Positions 1 through 14,235 are shown, numbered from the stretch's first letter. The stretch is 64,000 nt of DNA from Eledone cirrhosa (GCA_964016885.1 OZ024747.1:19530001-19594000); one strand, 5' to 3'. The notes: generated by a model from the letters alone, not told the origin. Program-made: numbers and translations.

Positions 1-412
1 GCCACTTTTCTAACATTTTAACATAAAAACAGTCTTGGCGCAAAATCAACTTTTTACATTCACATGACCTCTACCGACCAATCAAAATTGTTTTGACCAC
101 AAGCATTTTTGCAACACAAAAATAACGCTGGAGCCATTTTTTTAACATAAAAACAGGTAGAATTCCCAAAACTAATCTGATCAGAGCAAACAGCACGGAC
201 ACTCTATCTCAAAATTATTTTTGAAAAGCATTTAGAAATGCGCAACCGGTAAAAACTTAAAAACTTAAAACCACAACTGAATACTAACCCATACAATCAC
301 TAATACTCTTTTATTCCTAATTAAACCATTTTTCAACTGTGAACAATTTGTCAGCATTTTCTATTCCGTTTACCAATATATAATAACTTGTGTGTTACAC
401 CTCTATTCTTTA

Positions 413-709
<297 letters not shown>

Positions 710-895
710 CTGTCTCACTCGCTTTACGCGTTTCAATTGTCCTAATAACTTATTTTGGTTATTATTGCACCGACGTCAGGTATATGATTTTTAATGCAAT
801 GAAATATCGATGATCGTCGGCAAATCACTGATGAAGGACTCATTTTATTACATGTTATCCATGTGCTACCTGCAGTATTTTTCTCTATATTTTAT

Positions 896-960
<65 letters not shown>

Positions 961-967
961 CATATAT

Positions 968-1389
968 ATGGAAAGTTATATTTAAAATTGTTGGGTTACA
1001 ACTAGTAAATATTTATAACTGATATAAAAGCACTCGACAAATATTTGGAGTATATTTACAATAATAAATAAATGGAAACTATATTTATAAAACCATATTT
1101 ATTTCATTATATATATTTCGGGGATATCATATTAACAATATGCTATGCCTTCCTCAGACAAAATACAATATAAACAGTTTTATAGATAAATAGATTCGCT
1201 GCCAGCGTAAACCTCTTCAAATGGAAGTCGGTGTTATAACGGTATGTCGAATCTATTTATCTATAAAACTGTTTATATTGTATTTTGTCTGAGGAAGGCA
1301 TAGCATATTGTTAATATGATATCCCCGAAATATATATAATGAAATAAATATGGTTTTATAAATATAGTTTCCATTTATTTAATATTGTA
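968..1389. mobile_element. PLE pseudo-LTR fold-back insertion in (TA)n (HHR family 1)
   Basis: Inverted arms about 1057-1198 and 1248-1389, one mismatch seen; (TA)n on both sides; each arm carries an HHR; homologues at 15019-15470 and 32913-33150. Confidence 0.8.
1281..1346 (+). ncRNA. Type I minimal hammerhead ribozyme (family 1); mirror copy at 1100-1165 on the minus strand
   Basis: tattttgt-CTGAGGA-stem II (catatt/aatatg core)-GAAA-tatata-TA-atgaaata; 8-bp stem I with two GU pairs. Confidence 0.8.
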
Positions 1390-1395
1390 TATACA

Positions 1396-1465
<70 letters not shown>

Positions 1466-1480
1466 CACATATATATATAC

Positions 1481-1564
<84 letters not shown>

Positions 1565-1566
<2 letters not shown>

Positions 1567-1990
1567 TTATTGAGATAACTGATTAAAGTTTAAGCAAAGA
1601 ATCGCTGCTTTCACCCTTAACGGGATCTTCTGAAACTAAAAAAAATCAATCTGTGAACGCAGAAAGTAAATATTTCGAAAAACGTTGCAACCGAAGAAAG
1701 ACAGGAAGAAGATACTTTGGTTCCTGGAAACGTTCGCTGGCAAAGAACGGAAAAAAACGAAGATAATACGTTATTATTTGGAGAGGTGAACACAGTTATG
1801 CGCAAAGACAAAACCACGTTTATGGTATAAATGAAGTCGTAGACTAATATTCTATTAGATGGCTCGTGGAGACGTTCTCTGGCAATGAACGGAAAAAACG
1901 AAGATAACACGTCATTATGTGGAACGTTGAGAACAATTATACGCAAAGGTATAACTGAAGTCGTAGACTAAAATTCTATTTAGGAAACCG
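1565..1990 (-). mobile_element. PLE-like non-coding repeat (HHR family 2); inverted partner at 2508-2955
   Basis: Homologous to 2508-2955, 34460-35062 and short pieces at 19550-19735, 24278-24365, 36185-36242; (TA)n-flanked. Confidence 0.75.
1579..1653 (-). ncRNA. Type I hammerhead-like motif with U4A core variant (family 2)
   Basis: Minus strand: agttt-CAGAAGA-tccc gttaa gggt-GAAA-gca(gcgattctt)tgc-TT-aaact, plus a distal stem I extension. Confidence 0.65.
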
Positions 1991-2003
1991 AATGATCCTC
2001 GGC

Positions 2004-2063
<60 letters not shown>

Positions 2064-2066
<3 letters not shown>

Positions 2067-2264
2067 TTATGTAATAAACAACATAAGGCAATTATTTCAT
2101 TTACCAATGGTTTCTTAAAAGCAAACAAATTTTGCTTTCAATAAATCACTAATTCCAATCGTACGAGAATAAATCCAGGATGCATTTGCAGGAAGCCGGA
2201 TGAATGCCCATTACAGGGCAAATGTAACACCAAATCCGTTGTATATAAGGCCAAAGTGACACCT
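2064..2264 (+). mobile_element. Penelope-like retroelement fragment: inverted pLTR piece (2064-2141) joined to Cys-rich linker and start of GIY-YIG endonuclease (2145-2264)
   Basis: 2145-2264 translates ITNSNRTRINPGCICRKPDECPLQGKCNTKSVVYKAKVTP (CxCx5C-PL-G-C-VVY); 2064-2141 is the reverse complement of about 3514-3592. Confidence 0.8.
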
Positions 2265-2507
2265 TTACTTACATGGAGGTATGTGTGTGCGCTTGTTATA
2301 TACGTATTTATTTACGTTTATTTAATTATTTATTTATTTGTACACACGCATACACACACACACATATTTATATGTGCGTGGTTTTGTATACCTATGGTAA
2401 GTGTTTTGCGTATGCTTGTGTATGTACGTATTTGTTAGCGGGTATGTATTTATTTATTTCTATTACTTCTGTATTGTATTTATTTACTTTGTTCTTATCT
2501 CTGTAGC

Positions 2508-2955
2508 GGAGATTCATTCGGTCTCCTAGTTAGAATTTTAGTCAACGATTTCTGCTATACCATTTACGTGGTTTTGTCTTTGCGTGCTATTGTTCTCCAT
2601 GCTCCACATATGACGTATTATCTTCGTTTTTTTCGTTCATTGCCGGAGAACGTCTCTATGAACCACCTAAGAGAACATTAGTCTACGACCACTTTTATAC
2701 CATAAACGTGGTTCTGTCTTTGCGCGTAATTGTTTTTCACCGCTCCTATTAATGACGTTTCTTATTCGTTTTTTCCCGTTCTTTGCCAGCGAACGTTACC
2801 ACGAACCAAAGTATCGTCTTCCTGTCTTCCTCCGGTTGCAACGCTTTTTGAAATATCCACTTCTGCGTTTACAGATTGACTTTGTTAGTTTCAGAAGTTC
2901 CCGTTAAGGGTGAAAGCAGCAATTCTTTGCTTAAACTTTAATCTGTTATTTTAAT
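2508..2955 (+). mobile_element. PLE-like non-coding repeat (HHR family 2) with degenerate HHR at 2872-2945
   Basis: Reverse-complement homologue of 1565-1990; core reads CAGAAGT (A9 mutated). Confidence 0.7.
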
Positions 2956-3133
2956 ATATATATATATATATATTGTTATACTTTGGGAGGGTCATGTTGC
3001 CAATAAGAAACACACGCACCAGTTGTTTTCACTTCAATTTATTATATATTTATAAATTTACAAAGTATAACAATATCGGTTGCAACACACGATTTCAGAT
3101 AAAGAATCTTGCTAAACAAATTCAGAAACGAAA

Positions 3134-3191
<58 letters not shown>

Positions 3192-3499
3192 TGTGTGTGT
3201 GCGTGTTTGTGTATTTGTGTGTTTGTGTATGTATGGATATGTTGTTATATATGTGTGTATATATGTATGTGTATGTATATATATATATATATACATATAT
3301 ATGTGTGTGTGCGTATGTATGTGTATATATGTGTATGTATATATGTGTGTGTATGTAATTGTGTGTGTGTGTGAATGTGTGTTTATTTTTCCTTTCCTTC
3401 TTCCCTTTCCAGCCTCACTTTCATATAGATTATATTTTTGTTTTTAAAATCAATAAATACACCAGGAATTTTTTTAAATCAATAAATACACCAGGAATT

Positions 3500-3560
3500 T
3501 TTCATTCTGATGATTGAAAGCAAAATGTGTTTGCTTTTAAGAAACCACTGGTAAATGAAA
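3500..3560 (+). ncRNA. Type I hammerhead ribozyme (family 3)
   Basis: tttcatt-CTGATGA-ttgaaagcaaa atgtg tttgcttttaa-GAAA-ccactgg-TA-aatgaaa; 7-bp stem I, 11-bp stem II, intact core. Confidence 0.92.
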
Positions 3561-4194
3561 TAATTGCCTTATGTTGTTTATTACATAACTATTAAGCTCT
3601 GTAACCTACATAGAGCACTCTTTTTTCCTGGACCTTTCCGACGGAATTACTTCACATTTATATATATATATATAATATATATCCTTACGCATATACATAT
3701 ATCAGAAAATGCTATCTTTAAAAAAGAATACATGTATATATATAAGTTTGCATATGATTTTATATCTCTATATATGTATATGAGGATTATAATCTTTTGC
3801 TGGGGTTAAAACCTTGATGTAGAAATATATTCTCTGTAGAGTATTCTGAATCTCATCACCACCTTGGATATTATTTCTATGGAGATTTTTTTCGATATAA
3901 ATATTTTCAATATAAATATACACAGCTATCAATTTTAATTGATTGTAAAATAAATTCTATTTTCGTGGCGTTACTGACCTACATACATATTTGAATAGAA
4001 TTTCTCTCGTGGATAAATAGTTGAAGAATTTCGGCAACGTCGCAGCCTTAAGAATGAATTAATTATTTGGGGAATATATATCATAGTAAACAGACGATTT
4101 TTTTCTTGACGAACTGTAGAAATATCAGTCTAATTAATAGACATTGTGTACTTCAATATTTACTTAATTTCTTCAATAATTACTTAATTGTATA

Positions 4195-4265
<71 letters not shown>

Positions 4266-4335
4266 GTATATATACATGTAAATGTATAAATGTTAATTAT
4301 ATATATGTGTATATATATATATATGCATATATATA

Positions 4336-4445
<110 letters not shown>

Positions 4446-5016
4446 ATATATATACACACACACACACATATACATATATATATATATTTATATGTGTGTG
4501 CGTGCGTACAGATATTAGCGTGTGCGCGTGTATGGCTTTATACGTAAATATGTATGTACACACACACACACATATATATATATAGAGAGAGAGCGGGACA
4601 TATACGTATATTACCGTTAACGATACATTTTCAAAACAAAGGAAATCATTTTTTCTTCATATTTATATATAAATTATCTAACTAGTTTAATATGTTTGTT
4701 TATAAGATTATTTACTCGCTCATTTATATAATTAAGCTACCATTGATTTAGTTTTGTTTTATTCATTCCATGCTTTGTTTTGTTTTTAATCGTGTAATAT
4801 ATAAAATTTAATTAAGAGGCCAATTTCCTTAATCCAATTCGTTTATGCATTTATATTCATATTATGTATTTGGTTACATCATTCTTTGAATACATTCTAC
4901 TCTGATTACTCCATTACTAACTCTATTCCAAAGCTGGTATTTACCTATATGTAATGGTGTTTATATATATATATATATACACATGTGATTATTGCTTATG
5001 TTTATTACATTGTAAT

Positions 5017-5208
5017 ATAATTGTTTCTACTTTTAGCACAAGGCCAGCAATTACCCAGTACATGACTGGTACTTTATTTTATCGACCCCGAAAGGATGAA
5101 AGGCAAAGTTAACTTCGGCGGGATTTGAACTCAGAATGGAAAGGGCCGTAACTCTATGCGTCAAAGCATGGCGTCCGACCCTCTACCGATACTGCCAATC
5201 TACCGCCC
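5017..5208 (-). mobile_element. tRNA-derived SINE family A
   Basis: A-box-like tggcagtatcggtaga, B-box-like gagttcaaatccc, conserved tttcatcctt.cggggtcgataaaataaagtaccag domain; many copies in window. Confidence 0.88.
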
Positions 5209-5290
5209 TAATATATATTTCCCGATATATATTCGTATGTATTACATTGTAATATAATACATACGAATATATATCGGGAATTTTACCCGC

Positions 5291-5343
<53 letters not shown>

Positions 5344-5372
5344 GACACACACTCACACACACACACACACAC

Positions 5373-5404
<32 letters not shown>

Positions 5405-5414
<10 letters not shown>

Positions 5415-5634
5415 GGCAATAATGATAAATATGAAGACTAAAGTCCGAAGAGGGCTCGATAAGTATAATATATATATAAAATATATAAAGCCGTAGACAA
5501 ATTATTTATTAATATATATACATATATATATATATATTAATAAATAATTGGTCTACAGCTTTATATATTTTATATATATATTATACTTATCGAGCCCTCT
5601 TCGGACTTTAGTCTTCATATTTATCATTATTGCC

Positions 5635-5640
<6 letters not shown>
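5405..5640. repeat. Fold-back inverted repeat made from the terminal segment of HHR family 2
   Basis: 5405-5515 is the reverse complement of about 5534-5640; same sequence at 6100-6192, 19550-19650 and 34460-34550. Confidence 0.8.
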
Positions 5641-5719
<79 letters not shown>

Positions 5720-5857
5720 AGTGTGTGTGTGTGTGTGTGTATAAATATATATATATATGGGCGGGTAAAATTCCCGATATATATTCGTATGTATTATATT
5801 ACAATGTAATAAATATAAGCAATAATCACATGTGTATATATCTATCTATCTATCTAT

Positions 5858-6030
5858 CTAAAGCGGGTAAAATTCCCGAGATCCATGGACGAGTTCTCTC
5901 CAGCGGTCTCTGTCCCTCATTATCGCTGCCATATCCTGCATCTCCAACAGACCAGTGTCTGTCCTTAGGGCATCAACATATATTAACCTTGGTCTTCCTC
6001 TTCTAGTGTGTCCATGTAGGGGCTCCCAAA
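5858..6030 (-). mobile_element. RTE-clade LINE 3' end fragment
   Basis: Homologous to 18711-18884 (HGH..RGRPRL.YVDAL region). Confidence 0.75.
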
Positions 6031-6069
6031 GGCGTGTGTATATATATATATATATATATATAAAACCAT

Positions 6070-6101
<32 letters not shown>

Positions 6102-6192
6102 TTAATAAATAATTGGTCTACGGTTTTATATATTTTATATATATATTATACTTATCGAGCCCTCTTCGGACTTTAGTCTTCATATTTATCAT

Positions 6193-6370
6193 TTGGCAGT
6201 ATCGGTAGAGAGTCGGACGCCATGCTTTCCAGCATAGTTACGTCCCTTTACGGTCTGAGTTCAAATCCCGCGGAGGTTAACTTTGCCTTTCATCCTTACG
6301 GGGTCGATAAAATAAAGTACCAGTAATGCACTGGGTAATTGCTGGCCTTGTGCCTAAAGTAGAAACGATT
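6193..6370 (+). mobile_element. SINE family A
   Basis: Same consensus as 5017-5208. Confidence 0.88.
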
Positions 6371-6376
6371 ATTGCC

Positions 6377-6467
<91 letters not shown>

Positions 6468-6629
6468 AATGAGAGGTATACAAATATATGTGTATACATG
6501 TATATATAAACATATATTTTTCACAAGTATGTGAGATTGTATGTTGTCAACCTTAACCAGTGTTACTCTATGATTATGAGAGACAAAATAATCGAAATAA
6601 TTAAATTGACACAATATCAGAGCTATGTA

Positions 6630-8449
6630 AAATATTATAAAAAGGAATAATAGATACAATATACCTATTTTCTTTAGTCCCGACTGTACAGTTTCGCTGG
6701 TCACTATGCAAAAATGTTATATCATAGAAATGTAACATTGTTGTGAGGTAAGCCAGCTTATCAAGGGAACCCCTCAGGAAAGAGCCCTAATTGCACACGT
6801 ACGTAGCATGCGAGAAAATCTCAGAAAGACGGCGGGAGACTCTATCACGTGATACACAGGTCAAGAAAGGGGATTAATCCCTTGTAGCAGTGAAAATATC
6901 TCAGAAGGCGGAGGGAGATGTTGATATGATACATAGGCTACAGAGGGGTGGTAAGGTTGACTGGAAGTGTATATAGTGATTGCTTGAAAGCAGTCACTAT
7001 ACTTCCGTGGTTACTCTACCGTGAGGGAGTTAGAGACAATAATTGTTTCTACTTTAGGCACAAGGCCAGCAATTAATCAGTGCATTACTGTTACTTTATT
7101 TTATCGAACCCGTAAGGATGAAAGGCAAAGTTAACCTCCGCGGGATTTGAACTCAGACCGTAAAGGGACGTAACTATGCTGGAAAGCATGGCGTCCGACT
7201 CTCTACCGATACTGCCAATCCACGCCCGTGGGAGTTAGAGACAATAATTGTTTCTACTTTAGGCACAAGGCCAGCAATTACCCAGTATATTACTGGTACT
7301 TTATTTTATCGACCCTGTAAGGATGAAAGGCAAAGTCAACCTCGGCGGGATTTGAACTCAGATCGTAAAGGGACGTAACTATGCTGGAAAGCATGGCGTC
7401 CGACTCTCTACCGATACTGCCAATCCAAGACAATAATGAGAGGTATAAAAATATATGTGTATACATATACATGTATATATAAACATATATTTTTCGCAAA
7501 CACTATATACACTTCTAGTCAACCTTACCACCCTTCTGTAGCCTATGGGAGAGATAGAGAGGAATCAGAAGGTGGGGGGACAAACGGAATAGTAGAGAGA
7601 GAGAGAGAGAGGAAGGAGGAAGAGTTAGGAAGTAGAGTGACAAACTGAGATGGAGGGAGGCGTAGAGGTGGAAGGATTCCTTGATCAGTTTTGATATTCA
7701 GACTTCATGTCGTGAAATGTAGTGAGTTAAAGAGAATTAAATTGATCATATTGGGAGGGATGGATAGAGAGAGAGAGAGGGGGGGGGAGGGAGATATAAA
7801 GAGATAAATATATATATAAAAAATAAAGATAAATATAATAATGACAAAAATAAAAGCAAAGGAGGAAGGAGAAAGAAGAAAAGAAAAGATTGCCAAGAAG
7901 GCGAGGGAAGGAAGGAAGAAAACGAAGAAATAGAAGAGGAATGAAGGAGAAGGCGGGGGTATATAGGTATTGGTTTTTGTGGGTAATTAAAAGGGTTTAG
8001 ATACAACAAGAGGGTATAAAGTCTAAGTATATACAGTTTGTCAGTTGGTAGTAAGAGGTTAAGGGTTCGATTTGCACTTGTAGTGCGAAAACTTCTCTTT
8101 GAGTCTACGGTTACAATAAATTGATCTTTCGATTTTATTGTTGAGTAACTTATCAATATCTCCCACCGCCTTCTGAGATATTTTCACTGCTAAAAGGGAT
8201 TAATCCCCTTTCTTGACCGGTGTATCACGTGATAGAGTCTCCCGCCGTCTTTCTGAGATTTTCTCGCATGCTACGGACGTATGTAGTTAGGGCTCTTCCC
8301 TGAGGCGCTCCCTTGATAAGCTGGCTTACCTCACAACAATGTTACATTTCTATGATATAACATTTTTGCATAGTGATCAGCGAAACTGTACAGTCGGGAC
8401 TAAAGAAAAAATAGGTATATTGTATATATTATTCCTTTTTATAATATGT

Positions 8450-8450
<1 letters not shown>
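6630..8450. mobile_element. PLE-like element with ~300-bp inverted arms (about 6630-6926 and 8151-8450), HHR-like family 4
   Basis: Arms are reverse complements; right arm ends in (TA)n; each arm has CTGAGG(C/G)...GAAA-ctgtacag-TC. Confidence 0.65.
7038..7427 (-). mobile_element. Two tandem SINE family A copies (7038-7227 and 7243-7427)
   Basis: Both preceded by the same flank gggagttagagac, indicating local tandem duplication. Confidence 0.85.
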
Positions 8451-9352
<902 letters not shown>

Positions 9353-9483
9353 AGAAAATGAGGTTTTTTGCGAGACAAACCACGAACCCTCCATCTTGAA
9401 AAGCACAAGAACTGTGAAACCGATAAAGGAAATAAATAAATATTCTTAAAAAGACTCCAGTTGCATTCTGGATTCCTTTTCCT

Positions 9484-9518
<35 letters not shown>

Positions 9519-9578
9519 CAAAGTAATCATTAGATGCAGAAAAATGATATATATATATAAACTTGTGTGTATATATAT

Positions 9579-9651
<73 letters not shown>

Positions 9652-10380
9652 AATGTGTGTATGTGTGTGTGTGTGTGTGCGTTTGTGTAAATATGTACGT
9701 AACTAACAAAGAAAACAAGCCAGTAGTCACATGTATGATTCACGCTTAAAGTTGCTTAATATGCTAAAGTAGTGAACGATTTGATTCTTACATCTGAAAG
9801 TCTCAATTAAAATCAATGTTTATGCCATGAATATCTGTCAATTTAAAAGATATAATCCTTATTTTTAGAAGTAAAACGTGTTTAACTACTTTAACGAAGA
9901 CTTTATGTAACTAGTGATTTTCGTTCTAGATTATTTTGCGTATTAAACGTGTCTTAATCAACTTAAGAATATTTATATCTATATAATTATTTGTGTATTT
10001 TTAAAATCTTCTTTCTTTCTGAGTATATCTGACAATGCTTAACCTTTTGTTAGATATTTGTATTCTTTTATATGAATTCTATTTGAAAGATTCAGAAATT
10101 CACTTACATTCATGTGGTATGAGGTGAGATTCTTTGAATTTATTTTATTTATTTTGTTTTTCGGCTGATGCTGAAAATAAGCAGTTTATTCAGATTTTAT
10201 ATTTTGTACCGTGTGTTACATTATATTACTATATAAATTTAATTTTTCTCCGTGTTTTGTCAATAAGATTCTACTTCAGAATTTAGAGAAAGGATGAGAT
10301 GCGCAACTAAAATGTACTGCCAGAGAAATCAGCTAAATCTATTATTAAGTTATTCGCAGATCACAAACTAGTTCAAATAG

Positions 10381-10431
10381 CCGCTACAATCTAGACTCCG
10401 CTACAAACTTGACTCCGCTACAATCTAGACT
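10381..10431. repeat. 17-bp tandem repeat x3 (ccgctacaatctagact)
   Basis: Read directly. Confidence 0.85.
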
Positions 10432-10469
10432 CAAGATTCATGAGTCAAAGTTCAATACATTATCTCTAT

Positions 10470-10690
10470 GGCCGTGGATTGGCTGTATCGGTAGAACGTC
10501 GTACAACATGCTTAGTAGCATAGAGTTATAACCCTTTACGTTCTGAGTTCAAATTCCGCCGAGGTTAGCTTTGCCTTTCTTCTTTACAGGTCGATAAAAT
10601 AAAGCACCAATAATGCACTGGAGCTGATTTAATCGACTTTCCCCTCTCCCCAAATTGCTGGCCTTGTGCCTATAGTAGAAATCATTATTT
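10470..10690 (+). mobile_element. SINE family A, longer variant
   Basis: Head ttggctgtatcggtaga, B box gagttcaaattcc, tail ctggccttgtgcc. Confidence 0.85.
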
Positions 10691-12431
10691 CCAGGGCAAC
10701 GATGAGAACTCTTTTATTATAGAGGTCCATTTAATCGAAAATATGTAATATTAAATATATATGAATAAACTGTTAACTTCTAGGAAATTCACATGCAGTA
10801 AAATAATATGTGACATTATTGAAAGCATTCCTAAGATTTGCATCTAATTTTTTCTGATATGGGTTTTCCATGACTGTAGGGGATTCGGGTACCAGAATTC
10901 AAAAAGATGGAGTTGATAATATATAGTGAGAAGGTGTATCTATGTTACACGTAATATAAAAATTGTTTCTTGTGTAGTATATTGATACAAGATGTGTTTT
11001 ATGTTAAATTGAACGATTTTACAATCATGTACTGAAATTACTCACCCATGTACTGAAATTACTCACGCAAATGGTAATTTTAAGCACCGATAATTTTGAA
11101 ATATTCAGATTATCAAATATTCAATTTCAATAGTTACCACATGATGGAAACTTACTTTCTCTTCTAATATTTGGAATTGTTTCTTTTATGCAATGATTCT
11201 TTTCAAGGCGTGATTTATCATATAAATTGCCACTTGCATAACAGTTTGACACTTATTTATGAATAATGACGTAAGTAAAAGTATTATCTATCTGGTAGTA
11301 ACACTTTTTATAATCTCATAATGCATATTCGACAGATTTCCACCTTTAATATAGAGAATTCTCATCCCTCATCCTCTGGTTACTTAACACAAATATAAAA
11401 TCCTACTATACATAAGTATATGGTAAATACAAAATATTCAATTCATTTCATCAGTTCGAGAATTAAAAGAATAAATGAAGATATTGGGATTATCATTCTC
11501 AACTAAATTATCACGATCATCATTCCTCTATATTGTATCATAGTCCTTAATACAATTATCATTATTCCTTCAACGATTGATAAGTTTACATTGTTCAAAC
11601 TGAGCATCACTGGACTTCCATAACCTCAAATCTTGGTGGTGCATGAAAATGGATACTGGAATATATCAGACAATCCTTGAGAAAGGTCGATGGATCTAAA
11701 TTTATGTAATACGTACTGACAGCTATTACAGAGGAATCTCTTACTGCATATCCCTCTTACTTGAAAACTGAAATAAATTAAGAGAGTAAAATAAATTGTG
11801 AGACTAGTTGATTAGCTAGTGAAATATTTGAATATTAGAAACGATTCCACAGAGCGAATATTCTCGAAGAAGCTTCATTTTATTATTTCCCTGAAGCCCT
11901 CAACTGCTTCCTTTGCCTCCACAAGAAGATCTATAGATTGCAACGACCAACTGTGTCACTTAATAAGACAAGTGAATTATCTGTTGCTGTGATAAGCAAG
12001 TACACCTTGTAATGATTAATTTCAACCCATTGGGTGTTGATAATAATCATAACCTTAATCCTAAACCTGGCATAAGTATACCTTATCATGAAGTTTGCTA
12101 TCTAATTGTCATCAATGGCTGTGATTATAGTTTTTTTTGTATAAATATTAATCCAGATATACTTGTTCCGCTCTGAGCGATATAAGTTTCTCTTTTCGTA
12201 TTATTTCCTTTTCTTTTCGAAATGATTTTCTTGCGTGATATTATTCTGATGTTGTGTTTATTTACTTATCTATAAATTCTGTGGATTTCCAATATCTATT
12301 TATTCCATGCCTACTTCTGATGTAATATGATATGCATTGAAAACATTATGTTCATTTAAAGTGTTATTCCTTAAATCCTTTATTGCGTTAAAGCTTATTT
12401 GAGTTTTATTAGACAAGCCAAACATAATATG

Positions 12432-12546
<115 letters not shown>

Positions 12547-13896
12547 GACATGCATATCTTCGTAAGAATTTACTTTGATTAATTTTGCTGCATCTCCTCG
12601 TAAGAATTTATTTTGAATTTATTTTGAATGTATTATCTGGGACCAGTGTGAGCGACTGTGGTGGGTTCTGCCTTTGTTGGCCTAATGTGATATTTCTGTG
12701 TATTATATCCGCTTTGACCCGGGTGTCCTACGCTGTGTGTGTGTGCGTGTGTGTCTGTATATACATTTATATGTGTATGGGTGTAGGTGGTTGTATATGT
12801 CTATATATAAATATATATATATGTATACCGTCTCTGCATATGCATGTGGTGTGTATATATGCATATACGTACAAGCCATATTGTTGTGTATAATCTTGGG
12901 AGGTCTCAATGTTGTGATTTCATGGATACTGGCTTTTGAAGCTATTTTTTATATGCGCTGTTGAGTATGCATATTAACCCGCCTAACCCACCTGCACTTG
13001 CTTGCTTTCGGCCCACTTATCTGCCTCTTGATGTTCATGTTGATGTAAACGATTTTGCTTGCTACCTTGTGACGTTGTGACACTCAGTTATCTGCCCATG
13101 GATGCTCCTGCTGCTGCATGTGAATTTACCTACCCTCCTTGCATACGTCCTCGCTAGTGATGTGGATATACCTCTGTTGACCAATGGATTCCTGCCCGAG
13201 TGTGAACCTTTTGTGATTACCCCACCGCTCAACTGTGTGAATGCACACCCGTGACTTTCGAGTGTGAACTTCTGTGACTGCCCAACCTGGGATGTCTCCA
13301 TTGCATTGCAATGGTCAACTCATTCGAGTGTGGATATAGCACCTGTTGATTATAAATCTCATTTGGGCATTTGATTGTTGTGATACAGCTAACTGTAACA
13401 CTTAAGGCGTCCGTGTGCCCCTGATATATTCAAGAAATATATTCTAAAAATATATATCTTATCTCACTTTACTTTATTTTATTTTATTTCATTGTATTTT
13501 ATTTTATTTTATATAATTTTAATTTTAATTCTATCTTATTTTATTCCTTACCCTTTATCTCTATTATCTGTATATTTTATATATATATTTTTTATATTTT
13601 TTATATATATTATTTGTCTATTTTTTACCTATTTTTTATCTATTCTTATCTACTCCTATCTATCTTATCTATTCTTGTCTATTCCTTATCTATTCTCTAT
13701 CTCTTATCCATGCGTATGCTTGTATGTAACTGTATGTTAACAGCACCCTGCCCAACTGTGACTTATTTTTCAATGCTTATTTTTCAATGTTTATTTTTTA
13801 TTTTTTATTCCTTCAATATTTTTTATTTTTTATTATTTTTTATTATTTCAATGTCCGGGATTTGTTATTGCTTGTGTAATATGTAATCATTCTTTA

Positions 13897-13942
13897 TGCT
13901 CTGATGAGTCCCACTTATAGTGTGGACGAAACACTGTCAGCA
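13897..13942 (+). ncRNA. Type I minimal hammerhead ribozyme (family 7)
   Basis: tgct-CTGATGA-gtcc cacttatagtgt ggac-GAAA-cactg-TC-agca; canonical GUC site; about 130 bp upstream of a (TA)n tract. Confidence 0.88.
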
Positions 13943-14095
13943 AGTAAAGATATACCTATGCTCTAAGCGTTCTTTGTTGTTGATTATATTACGGCTCTGT
14001 CCTCAGACATTGAGCTAACCTTATACTGCCTATTGGATAAGTGGAGTGTTACACACTCCTGATCCTCTCCCTTATATACTATATATATATATATA

Positions 14096-14167
<72 letters not shown>

Positions 14168-14185
14168 AATATGTATATATATATA

Positions 14186-14235
<50 letters not shown>

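Noticed and set aside
720-900. Hammerhead-like pieces: CTGATGA at about 828 on plus; CTGACGT...GAAAcgcgTA on minus
   Set aside because: Could not build stem I and stem II together with a complete core on either strand
5425-5470. CCGAAGAgggctcGATA as a possible variant hammerhead core
   Set aside because: No GAAA and no workable stems; it is just the terminal segment of family 2
7746-8156. 136-aa minus-strand ORF between the family 4 inverted arms
   Set aside because: Largely low-complexity; no RT or GIY-YIG motif recognised
11580-11770. Possible minus-strand exon after an atttcag acceptor
   Set aside because: Short frame with no recognisable protein and no supporting neighbouring exons
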